From an uncultured Gemmatimonadaceae bacterium (GTDB lineage: Bacteria > Gemmatimonadota > Gemmatimonadetes > Gemmatimonadales > Gemmatimonadaceae): a stretch of DNA of 64,000 nucleotides. The notes under the pieces are model-generated. The model searched no databases. It was not told the origin of the DNA and saw only the letters and a list, made by a program, of their open reading frames with translations. This document shows, piece by piece, positions 20,500 through 29,170 of the stretch (position 1 is the stretch's first letter; the number at the start of each line of letters is the position of its first letter). Position numbers and translations under genes: made by a program. The stretch is from contig CAWAGQ010000006.1 of NCBI GenBank assembly GCA_963781585.1, forward strand, positions 224,001 to 288,000, read 5' to 3'.

Positions 20500-20688
20500 G
20501 ACACGCAAACGTTAGTCAATGTGCAGACAGGGAAGCGAACGTCGGTCGTCCTGCCCTCTTCCTCGCGGGTTGTTGGATTCGGGGGAGGAACAGTCTATGT
20601 TGCTGAGGCAGACAGCAACGGTTTCGAATGGCTGCGACGGGTCCCGCTTCCGGCTTTGGGTGGTACAGCCGGTGGTGCACAGAGGTGA
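20500..20688 (+). pseudogene. C-terminal remnant of a 6-bladed beta-propeller gene
   Basis: VVLPSSSRVVGFGGGTVYVAEADSNGFEWLRR resembles the propeller B C-terminus. Confidence 0.55.
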
Positions 20689-21023
20689 GGAGACCCACTC
20701 TGGATAGGCCAAGCGAAATCATGATTAAGTGCATCTTGATACTCCCGGCGTGCGCTCTCGAACTTGCCGTTATCGGTAGCCATGGCGTGGTCGCGCCTCA
20801 AGTGCGTATTTCGCCACATCTCGTTCACCGATTTCGCTCCAAGCCGTTCACCCATTTCGGTCCAAGCCGTTCAGTCGTTTCGCTCCAAGCCGTTCGCTCA
20901 TTTCGGCCCATGCCGGTCACCCGTGCCGGTCCAAGGCGATCGGGCGTGATGCGATGAGTTGAGGGCCGCGGGATCCCGTCCACTGCCAGCGATCCTTCCG
21001 GGAACTCTTTCCGGAGCGACGCC

Positions 21024-22685
21024 GTGGCAGCTGTGAGGGTATCCATGCGGAAGGTCCTTGACGTCGTGCGGCTCCGCTTCGAGGCGGGCCGCAGCCAGCA
21101 TGAGATCGGGCTCGCCCTGGGGCTGGCGCAGAGCACCGTCGGCGAGTACCTGCGCCGCTTTCAGGCGAGCGGGCTCGCGTGGCCGCTCGCCGCGGACCTC
21201 GACGAGGCGGTGCTCGAGGCGCGGCTCTTTGCTCGTCCCGCTGCGCCGGCGGCCGAGGCGAGACCGCTCCCCGACTGGCCGACTGTTCACCGCGAGCTCC
21301 GGCGCAAGGGGGTGACGCTCCAGCTCCTGTGGCACGAGTACAAACAGGGCGAAGCGGACGGCGCGGCGTGCTATCAGTACACTCAGTTCTGCCGCCACTA
21401 CCACGCGTGGGCCGCCCAGCTCGATCCGGTGCTCCGGCAGCAGCACACAGCGGGCGAGCGCACCTTCGTGGACTATGCGGGCCAGACCATCGACGTCGTC
21501 GACACGACGACGGGCGAGGTCCGCGCGGCGCAGCTCTTCCTCGGCGTGCTCGGCGCAAGCAACTACTTCTTCGCGGAGGCAACGTGGACGCAGACGCTGC
21601 CGGACTGGATCGCGTCGCATGTGCGCATGGTCGAGTATTTCGGGGGCGTCAGCGCCTTGATCGTGCCCGACAATTTGCGGAGCGGCGTGACGCACGCCTC
21701 GTTCTACGAGCCGACCGTCAACGCGACCTATCAAGACTTCGCCACCCATTACGGCACGGCGATTCTACCCACGCGGGCCGCGCGGCCCCGCGACAAGGCG
21801 AAAGCGGAGTCGGGCGTGCTGGTCGCCGAGCGCTGGCTCCTGGCCCCCCTGCGCCATCACACCTTTACGTCGCTCGCGGAGCTCAATGGCGCGATTGCGC
21901 AGTTGCGGGAGGTTGCGAACGACCGGCCGTTCCAGAAGCTCGCCGGCTCGCGCCGCTCGCTCTTCGAGACGCTCGACCAACCGGCGCTCCGCCCGCTGCC
22001 CGCCACGCGCTACGAGCTGGCGGAATGGCGCACGGCGAAGGTGAACATCGATTATCACATCGCGGTCGACGGCCACTTCTATAGTGTGCCGTATGCCCTG
22101 GTGCGCGCGGCGGTCCGTGTCCGCCTCACCGCGTCGATGATCGAGGTGCTGCATGAGGGCAAGCGGGTGGCGACCCATGCGCGGAGCGCGCAGCGCGGGT
22201 GCTTCACGACCGAGCCCGCGCATCGGCCCAAGTCGCATCAGGCGCACCTCGAGTGGACGCCCTCCCGTCTGGTCCACTGGGGCGCCAGCATTGGCCCGTC
22301 GACCGGGGCGCTCGTGACGAGGATCCTCGAGCGCTGGCCGCATCCCGAGCAGGGGTACCGCGCGTGTCTCGGCCTCTTGTCCCTGCGCAAACGCTACCCC
22401 GACGCGCGGCTGGAAGCCGCGTGTGTCCGCGCGCTCACCACCGGCGCGACGAGTTACAAGTCGGTGAAGTCGATCCTCGCCGCCGGGCTCGATCAGGTCG
22501 CCCCGGAGGAGCCACCACCCCTGCGGCTGCCGGCGACGCACGCCCACATCCGCGGCGCCGACTACTACGCCGACTCCCCGGCTCCGGAGTCCGCGCTGGA
22601 ACTCCCCCGGTCGTCTTCGGCCTCCTTGTCCTCCTCCTCCTCCTCCTCCTCCTCCTCCTCTACGTCTGGAGACCGCTCATGCTGA
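21024..22685 (+). CDS. istA: IS21 transposase IstA
   Basis: HTH N-terminus, FVDYAG, VPDNLRSGV, PRDKAKAE; poly-Ser (TCC)n tail. Confidence 0.95.
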   Translation: MAAVRVSMRKVLDVVRLRFEAGRSQHEIGLALGLAQSTVGEYLRRFQASGLAWPLAADLDEAVLEARLFARPAAPAAEARPLPDWPTVHRELRRKGVTLQLLWHEYKQGEADGAACYQYTQFCRHYHAWAAQLDPVLRQQHTAGERTFVDYAGQTIDVVDTTTGEVRAAQLFLGVLGASNYFFAEATWTQTLPDWIASHVRMVEYFGGVSALIVPDNLRSGVTHASFYEPTVNATYQDFATHYGTAILPTRAARPRDKAKAESGVLVAERWLLAPLRHHTFTSLAELNGAIAQLREVANDRPFQKLAGSRRSLFETLDQPALRPLPATRYELAEWRTAKVNIDYHIAVDGHFYSVPYALVRAAVRVRLTASMIEVLHEGKRVATHARSAQRGCFTTEPAHRPKSHQAHLEWTPSRLVHWGASIGPSTGALVTRILERWPHPEQGYRACLGLLSLRKRYPDARLEAACVRALTTGATSYKSVKSILAAGLDQVAPEEPPPLRLPATHAHIRGADYYADSPAPESALELPRSSSASLSSSSSSSSSSSTSGDRSC

Positions 22686-23434
22686 TGCAACAAACGCTCG
22701 ACCTCCTGCACACGCTGCGGCTCCCCGGAATGGCCCAAGCGCTCGAAGAACAGCAGGGTGTGCCGGATCTCGCGAGTCTCGCTTTTGAAGACCGCCTCGC
22801 GCTCCTCCTTGAACGGGAGCGCCTCGGCCGCGACGATCGGCGACTCACGCGGCTGCTCCAGATCGCACGCTTTCGCGAGGCGGCCTGTCTGGAGGACGTG
22901 AACTTCCGCGTGAAGCGCGGCCTCGACCGGAACATCTTCCTCCGGCTCGGTACCGGCGACTGGATCCGGCACCATGACGTGATTCTCATGGTCGGTCCCA
23001 CTGGAACGGGGAAGACCTGGCTGGCCTGTGCGCTCGGCCACAGTGCGTGCCGCCAAGGGCACGTGGTCCGCTACGTCCGTCTGCCGCGACTCCTCAGCGA
23101 GCTGGCGATTGCGCGCGGTGATGGATCGTACGGACGGCTCCTGCAACAACTCGCCAAGACCGACCTGCTCATCCTGGATGACTGGGGGCTCGCCCCGCTC
23201 GGCGATCGCGAACGCCGCGATCTCCTCGAAGTGATCGAAGATCGATCCGGTCGGCGCTCGACTCTCGTAACCAGCCAAGTGCCCGTGGACCACTGGCACG
23301 AACTCGTCGGCGACGCCACGTTTGGCGACGCCATCCTCGATCGCCTCGTCCATCACGCGCACCGCATCACGCTGACCGGAGGCTCGCTCCGGAAACTCAA
23401 ACCGGCCCAGGCCGTGTCCCCTACCACCGAATAA
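22679..23434 (+). CDS. istB: IS21 helper ATPase IstB
   Basis: GPTGTGKT, LLILDDWG, AILDRLVH. Confidence 0.96.
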   Translation: MLMQQTLDLLHTLRLPGMAQALEEQQGVPDLASLAFEDRLALLLERERLGRDDRRLTRLLQIARFREAACLEDVNFRVKRGLDRNIFLRLGTGDWIRHHDVILMVGPTGTGKTWLACALGHSACRQGHVVRYVRLPRLLSELAIARGDGSYGRLLQQLAKTDLLILDDWGLAPLGDRERRDLLEVIEDRSGRRSTLVTSQVPVDHWHELVGDATFGDAILDRLVHHAHRITLTGGSLRKLKPAQAVSPTTE

Positions 23435-24010
23435 CCGTGACTCCACCGATCCCGTGTCTCTCCGCTCGTCGCTGAACGCGATCGTCCGAACCCCGTGAAC
23501 GCTTTGGAGCGAAACGGCTGACCGGCTTCACGCGAAACGCGTGACCGACTTGAGCGAAATACGCATCAAGGTGGCGGCGCATGGTTTGAGCTCACAGGGC
23601 GCGGTCCAGTCACTGTAGAAGTGGACACGAGCTGGCTGCCGATTGACAGTGTGGGAGTGCGGTTTCAGATGAGAGTCACCTACAGGGACCGCAGCTTGTT
23701 CCGCACTTCGTCGAGGGCGGACACGGGGTCAGTAGGGATACGTCCCTTGGCGAGGAGTACCGTACAGCGGATTAGTGAGCACTATGTCGACTGCGGCCAC
23801 CAGCGAATCCGACTGGTGCGACTGGTTGAGGTCGATTCCGCGGGCAGTGCCGTAGTTGAGCGGGCAGGAGCCGTCGACCGCTGGGAACCGTTCGGGGCCT
23901 TCTTCGGATCTATCGCGACCCCTTCCTTCTGTATGCGCTAGAGTTCGCGCGAGGTAGCTATCTCATGATCTGGGCTTGACCTGATGTTGCCTTGACAACG
24001 TGGATGCCCA

Positions 24011-24259
24011 GTTGCCGTCGAGGCCGGCATCTCGGACATCGTGGCGTTTCAGCGCTGTGCCGCGGACTCCGTGTCGGTTCCTCGCATTGAGGCCGGCGTT
24101 GCAGCGGCCAACAGGCTCGGAATAACGTCCACACCGACAGTGATTGTTAACGGGTGGCGCTTCATGACGATGCCGCCGGATACGCTTCTCATGCGCGTTG
24201 TGTCGGATTTGCTGATTGGGAAACGTCCGTTCGCCACGTCCGGCCAACCTCCGCCGTGA
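24011..24259 (+). pseudogene. DsbA-family C-terminal fragment (CxxC part missing)
   Basis: AGISDIVAFQRC...LGITSTPTVIVNG. Confidence 0.75.
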
Positions 24260-24290
24260 AGGGTCCGGGAGCCATGCTTCGATGTGATGT

Positions 24291-25481
24291 ATGGTAGGCG
24301 CAACAGCCGCATGTGGCGAACGGCTTGCGGCAGTAGGCCCGTCGCCTGATACCCGGCGCGCGATGCGACCTCTCTTGTGGAGCGCATTCGCGACTCTCGC
24401 TGCGCCGGCGCTGTCACTGGCACAGCAGATCCCGCGCACGACGCTCGAACGCCGAGATGCCACGGTCGATTTTGCATTCAACCACATCCATGGTTGCCGT
24501 GAACTATCGGACGGGCGTGTCCTGATCGGCGACGACTACGAGAGGACGCTCTATCTGATCGACTTTGCGGCCGGAAGGGCAACGGCTCTTGGCAGGTCCG
24601 GCTCGGGACCGGGAGAATTCGAATCGGTAAGCGCGCTTCACCTTATGGCAGGCGATTCGACGCTTCTGGAAGACCGCCGGCAAGGTCGCTGGCTGTACTT
24701 GCAGGGGCCCCGGGCGGTCGAAACGATCAACGCGATCACTCGTTTCGGGTACACCCCGACCCTTCACGGAGTGGACAGCATGGGGAGGTTCCTGGAGCTC
24801 CGACCTTCGCTGTATGGCAAGTCTCCCGGCCTCCCCGCTTTGCGCATTCAATCGTCAGCAGAGTCGCTGCTGGTCATTGTCGGCCATCGGAGCGGAGCCT
24901 CCGCGGATACCTTGGGGCGGATACGGGGTCAATTTCGAGGTGTCAGGGAGGTCATGAAACCGCTGGTCGCTGGTGGCCCGAGCGTTTCCAGAATAGTGGG
25001 CAACCCCTTGGCCGAGGAGGAACAGGCCATTCTGCTCCTGGATGGGTGGGCCGCGATCATCTTCGCTGATCCATATCACGTCGAATGGATCACTCCGCGA
25101 AAGGTGAGGGTGCGCGGTCCCCCCCTTCCATTCCAACGAGTGCTGGTCGACGACGCGCAGAAGCGGTACGCGGTAGAGATGAGCCGCGGTTACCGGGGTC
25201 AGTTTTCACCGCACGAACTGCCCGGGTGGCCAGCCATCCTTCCTCCGTTCCTGAACGATGCAGTTCTTGCCCTTCCGGATGGACGAATTGCCATTCGGCG
25301 CACACCGGTGGCTGGTGCGGGTGAGATATTGTATGACATAGTGGACCGCAGCGGGCGGCTGACGTCCCGAATTGCTGTGTCGCCTCGTCAGCGAATAGTG
25401 GGATTCGGTCCGCGTGCAGCATATGTCGTGAGTGAATCAGGTGACGACAGCGAACGCCTCGATCGTTATCAGTGGCCGTAG
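24291..25481 (+). CDS. Secreted 6-bladed beta-propeller protein (type B, copy 2)
   Basis: Near-duplicate of 5978-7168; alternative start at ATG 24363. Confidence 0.8.
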   Translation: MVGATAACGERLAAVGPSPDTRRAMRPLLWSAFATLAAPALSLAQQIPRTTLERRDATVDFAFNHIHGCRELSDGRVLIGDDYERTLYLIDFAAGRATALGRSGSGPGEFESVSALHLMAGDSTLLEDRRQGRWLYLQGPRAVETINAITRFGYTPTLHGVDSMGRFLELRPSLYGKSPGLPALRIQSSAESLLVIVGHRSGASADTLGRIRGQFRGVREVMKPLVAGGPSVSRIVGNPLAEEEQAILLLDGWAAIIFADPYHVEWITPRKVRVRGPPLPFQRVLVDDAQKRYAVEMSRGYRGQFSPHELPGWPAILPPFLNDAVLALPDGRIAIRRTPVAGAGEILYDIVDRSGRLTSRIAVSPRQRIVGFGPRAAYVVSESGDDSERLDRYQWP

Positions 25482-25693
25482 CCCGGAGGTGGCGGTGTAT
25501 GTCCCGAAGTTGGTTGATAATCGGGTGGGTGCCTGGCTAACGAATGCTGCGCAGTGTTGTCGCCGGCCGGTGCACCCCAAGGGATCTTGCCCGGCCCACC
25601 GGCGACCGCCAGTTTGAACAAGATACGGTTCCTCTGGGACGCGGAATGTCGACGGCGCAGGCGCGCATTCGTCCGTTACGAGGCGGAGTGCCG

Positions 25694-26494
25694 ATGCCGT
25701 GGACCCTCGGGAAACAGGTGGTTGGCGCGCTATGCCTGGCGGCGTCAATCTGCGCGCTCTCCTCCACCGCCAAGGCTCAGCGCAGCGGGATCGTCCTGAG
25801 CGTCGTGGTTCGGGATGCCGACACCGGTGAACCCGTGGCAGGCGCAGAAGTGACAGTGCGAGATGCAAACCTGCAGTCGCGCACTGACTCACTCGGCCGC
25901 GTGGTCTTCTCGAACGTCCCGACACCCTCGGGTTCCATCGACGTGCGGCGCCTTGGGTACGCGTCGCTCGAGACCACGTTTCGCTCAGCCGAACGTGATA
26001 CGGTGCGGCTGATGGTCCGGCTGGAACCGGTCGCGCAGGCCCTGCCGCGTGCATCCGTCGTTGATACCGAAGGTCTGTCGCGGCTTCCCGAATTCGAGTC
26101 GAGACACGGAAAGCGGTTTGGCCGGTTCATCACCGAGAAGGAGATCCGTGCCGCTCTCGGTAGTACGCTGTCTGACCTGGTCATGACGAAGATCCCTGGC
26201 CTGCGCATCAGCTACGTTCCCGGATTTGGCGCGAAGGCATATAGCACTCGTGGACCTCGGTCGATCCATGTGGATCTATGCCAGGTGGCGGTCTACCTGG
26301 ATGGCGTCCGGGTGTCTAATGGAGTCGTCGATCTGGTCGCGCTCAGCCTACTGGCTGGCGTGGAGTACTACCCGCCCGGGTTCGTGCCCGTCCAGTACAA
26401 AGTTCTGGGTGCAGCGCCCGGCATGGGGCGCATCCCTTCGGAGGAAGGCGGGAGCGCGGAGTGCGGGGTGCTGCTGCTCTGGACGATCCGCTGA
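25694..26494 (+). CDS. Carboxypeptidase-regulatory-like + TonB-plug-like protein without barrel
   Basis: VRDADTGEPVAGAEV, TDSLGR, VRRLGY; CQVAVYLDG...LAGVEYY...CGVLLLWT. Confidence 0.75.
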   Translation: MPWTLGKQVVGALCLAASICALSSTAKAQRSGIVLSVVVRDADTGEPVAGAEVTVRDANLQSRTDSLGRVVFSNVPTPSGSIDVRRLGYASLETTFRSAERDTVRLMVRLEPVAQALPRASVVDTEGLSRLPEFESRHGKRFGRFITEKEIRAALGSTLSDLVMTKIPGLRISYVPGFGAKAYSTRGPRSIHVDLCQVAVYLDGVRVSNGVVDLVALSLLAGVEYYPPGFVPVQYKVLGAAPGMGRIPSEEGGSAECGVLLLWTIR

Positions 26495-26562
26495 GGGGCG
26501 AGAATCGCGACAAACTCGCCGATACTGAATGACGCCGGTGGGGGAGGCCCCGCCGAGTGCCG

Positions 26563-26991
26563 CTAGGGCGCGTCAAGCGCGGGCAGCGCCGTCACACGCT
26601 TCCGCACGAGTTGAGCGGCCTGTATCACGTCCTTCAATAGCCGATCATCCATGTCGAGCGTGCCTTCGTATTCCGACAGGTTCCTTCGTTCATGCGCCTT
26701 GGCGAGAACGCGCCACGTTGCCGGTGGCAAACGCAGCGTGTGTGCCAGGGTCTGGAAGACGACGTAGCGATTCTCAGGGCGGTAGCCGTAATACCGGAGT
26801 GCCGCCAGTGCGAGCGCGTGGGCAGCGTTGTAGGCGAGATCGAACCGACCATCCATGGACAGGCCGACGTTGGTCGCATCCGCAAGGCGCGCTGTTCCGG
26901 ACTGGACGAGGTTGTCGAGTTCGCGCTGCGAAGGAGCCTCTCGCTTGAGGTGGCCGAGGCGGACGAGATTCTCGAGCTCAGGCGAGGTCAT
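26563..26991 (-). CDS. HEPN-like protein (putative toxin)
   Basis: FDLAYNAAH, RRNLSEY (R-x4-Y variant); overlaps the MNT gene. Confidence 0.7.
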   Translation of the reverse strand: MTSPELENLVRLGHLKREAPSQRELDNLVQSGTARLADATNVGLSMDGRFDLAYNAAHALALAALRYYGYRPENRYVVFQTLAHTLRLPPATWRVLAKAHERRNLSEYEGTLDMDDRLLKDVIQAAQLVRKRVTALPALDAP

Positions 26992-27583
26992 CGTCGGAGC
27001 CGATCAGGAAGTGGCGAGGCTGGCGGGCGATGCGGGATGCGAACGAGCCGGCCAGGTCGCGTTTGGCCTTCCATTCGGCGCGCGTCATGACATTCGGGTT
27101 GACGGGCCGCGCGAGCAGTCGCTCCGCTCCTTGAAATGCCATGAACAGATCCGGGTAGCTCACGCTGTCGCTGATCACCAGGACGTCGATGTCGCTCCTG
27201 ACTGTGTCGCGGCCCCGGGCCACCGATCCGTACACGAACGCGGCGGCGATCCGCTTCGCAAAGGGTGCGAGGGCGCGCCGCAGCGGGCTGACAACCCCCA
27301 CGGTCTTGACCACCAGCCGGTGCAGCTCGCCGAAGATCGGGCTGTCGCGATTCGCCTGGTAGTGCTTCTGGTTCCCGGAACGGGTCACGGTGATGATCCC
27401 GGCGTCCGCGAGCCGCGTCAGCAACCGGTGCACCGCCCCGGTGCCGCTTCCCGCGAGACGAATCAATTCCGCGCTCTGGAAACGCCGTCGCGGCTGTCCG
27501 AACAGCAGGGCGAGGACGCGCTGCTGCACGGGGGTGAAGAGGACGTCGGCCAAGCCACGAGGTGGTCGGGAGATCGTTCCCAT
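26978..27583 (-). CDS. HTH + minimal nucleotidyltransferase (MNT, putative antitoxin)
   Basis: FVYGSVARG...SDIDVLVI; N-terminal winged HTH; start at ATG 27583 or 27598. Confidence 0.85.
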   Translation of the reverse strand: MGTISRPPRGLADVLFTPVQQRVLALLFGQPRRRFQSAELIRLAGSGTGAVHRLLTRLADAGIITVTRSGNQKHYQANRDSPIFGELHRLVVKTVGVVSPLRRALAPFAKRIAAAFVYGSVARGRDTVRSDIDVLVISDSVSYPDLFMAFQGAERLLARPVNPNVMTRAEWKAKRDLAGSFASRIARQPRHFLIGSDDDLA

Positions 27584-27614
27584 ATTGGGTATGATCATAC
27601 CCAATATGGGAACG
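27575..27614. promoter_or_regulatory. Perfect 40-bp palindrome over the MNT start (putative autoregulatory operator)
   Basis: CGTTCCCATATTGGGTATGA|TCATACCCAATATGGGAACG. Confidence 0.75.
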
Positions 27615-27861
27615 CGCAGCAAGCCCCCGGCGACGCTTCGGACCTCCGATGCCGCCTGACGTCCGTGATTCCACCTCGCCCGCGCGCATCCGAACAGTGT
27701 AGGCCTCCACCCGACGAACTACGGGAACCAGCCTGATTTTTCCGGTCAAGCCGCACCCGCAATGATTGTCGTGATTCCAACGCTCCACGCACGCCGTTGA
27801 CGTCGAATCCTGCGCCGCCATCGCGCCGTCGCGGGTAAGGCCACGTCGATCGCGCTGGTGC

Positions 27862-29091
27862 GTGGCGCTGATGCTCCAGCCCGGCTTGAGTGTGAGCACA
27901 CTGGCAGAGGTGAACGTTGGCTCAACCCAGCTCGCAAGCCTGGGGAAAGTGATCTTCACAGACAACGACCTGTCACGCGAGAGGAACCAGTCGTGCGCCG
28001 CGTGCCATAGTCCGGAATGGAGATGGACCGGACCGATTCCCACGATCAACGCCGCAGGTGCCGTATACGAGGGCTCGATCGCCGGCCGGTTTGGTAACCG
28101 GAAACCGCCATCGTCGGCGTATGCCACCATCAGCCCGGTTTTCCACCGTGAGCGTTCTGGACTTTTTGTGGGTGGCAACTTCTGGGACGGACGAGCGACG
28201 GGATTCAAGCTTGGCAACCCTGCCGCCGATCAGGCGCAGAGTCCTTTCCTGAACGCCCTGGAAATGGCGCTGCCAGACGCCGCCTGCGTAGTGTACCGCG
28301 TCTCGGTGTCGGCCTATGCCGGGCTGTACGCCGCCGTGTGGGGCGGCAACCTCGCGTCGATCGTTTTCCCTGGCACGACCGATGCCAGCTGTGCGGCGGG
28401 TACCCCAATCGCACTCGACGCGACGAACCGCGCCAAGGTGAACGACGAAATCGACAACATTGCCCGCTCGATCGCCGCGTTCGAAGGCTCACCGGAATCG
28501 AATCAGTATTCCTCCAGGTTCGACGCGTGGAAGGCCGGACTTGCATCCCTGACTAAGGAGGAGGTAAAGGGGTGGTCGCTATTCCAGGGCAAGGGAGGGT
28601 GCCAGGGCTGCCACGTATCGCGCGGACCACGCCCGGCATTCACCGACTTCACGTTTGACAACATCGGCGTCCCGAAGAACCCTGCGAATCCGGTGTACAA
28701 CGGCACCCCGGGCTTCATCGACTACGGACTCGGGGGCTTCCTGGCGTCGATGCCCTCGCTGGGCAATCCGGTGCCCGAAATGGGAAAACAGAAGGTGCCA
28801 ACCCTGCGGAACGTGGACCGCCGTCCGTTCCCGCTGGCAGCGAAGGCCTACATGCACAACGGGGTGTTCAAGAGCCTCGAAGAGGTCGTGCACTTCTACA
28901 ACACGCGGGACGTCCTCCCACGCTGCGCGTCGACGCCTTCTCCGGTATTCGGCGTGAACTGCTGGCCCGAGCCGGAAGTGCTGCAGAACATGAACACCGA
29001 CGAACTCGGCAATCTGGGCCTGAGCGCAGCCGAGGAGAGTGCGCTGGTCGCGTTCCTGCGTACGCTGTCCGACGGATTCTTCAACCGCTAG
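27862..29091 (+). CDS. Diheme cytochrome c peroxidase/MauG-family protein (5' end uncertain)
   Basis: CAACH, FWDGRA, CQGCH, KVPTLRNV, YMHNG. Confidence 0.88.
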   Translation: MALMLQPGLSVSTLAEVNVGSTQLASLGKVIFTDNDLSRERNQSCAACHSPEWRWTGPIPTINAAGAVYEGSIAGRFGNRKPPSSAYATISPVFHRERSGLFVGGNFWDGRATGFKLGNPAADQAQSPFLNALEMALPDAACVVYRVSVSAYAGLYAAVWGGNLASIVFPGTTDASCAAGTPIALDATNRAKVNDEIDNIARSIAAFEGSPESNQYSSRFDAWKAGLASLTKEEVKGWSLFQGKGGCQGCHVSRGPRPAFTDFTFDNIGVPKNPANPVYNGTPGFIDYGLGGFLASMPSLGNPVPEMGKQKVPTLRNVDRRPFPLAAKAYMHNGVFKSLEEVVHFYNTRDVLPRCASTPSPVFGVNCWPEPEVLQNMNTDELGNLGLSAAEESALVAFLRTLSDGFFNR

Positions 29092-29170
29092 GCAAGGGCG
29101 ATCCGACTCGTCAGGGGCCTGCTTCTCCAGGATGACGCGCGGCCACCAGGAACCGCGAGGAAACGACGGA

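Larger units (their letters stand above)
20803..23565 (+). mobile_element. Complete IS21-family element
   Basis: Terminal IRs TGCGTATTTCGC / GCGAAATACGCA, internal ~22-bp repeats at the ends, 5-bp TSD TCAAG (20798-20802, 23566-23570). Confidence 0.97.
20721..23941 (+). pseudogene. Secreted surface-adhesin-E-like protein interrupted by IS21
   Basis: Removing the IS and one TSD joins MIKCILILPAC...APQ in frame to GGGAWFEL...VDCGHQRIR...DSAG...WEPF...FC. Confidence 0.65.

Noticed and set aside
20118..20500. Lead gene of cassette 4
   Set aside because: Several short ORFs on both strands, none with a convincing RBS, signal peptide or motif; probably eroded.
20803..20925. ~22-bp periodic repeats resembling a mini-CRISPR or iterons
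   Set aside because: No unique spacers; these are the normal multiple terminal repeats of the IS21 left end.
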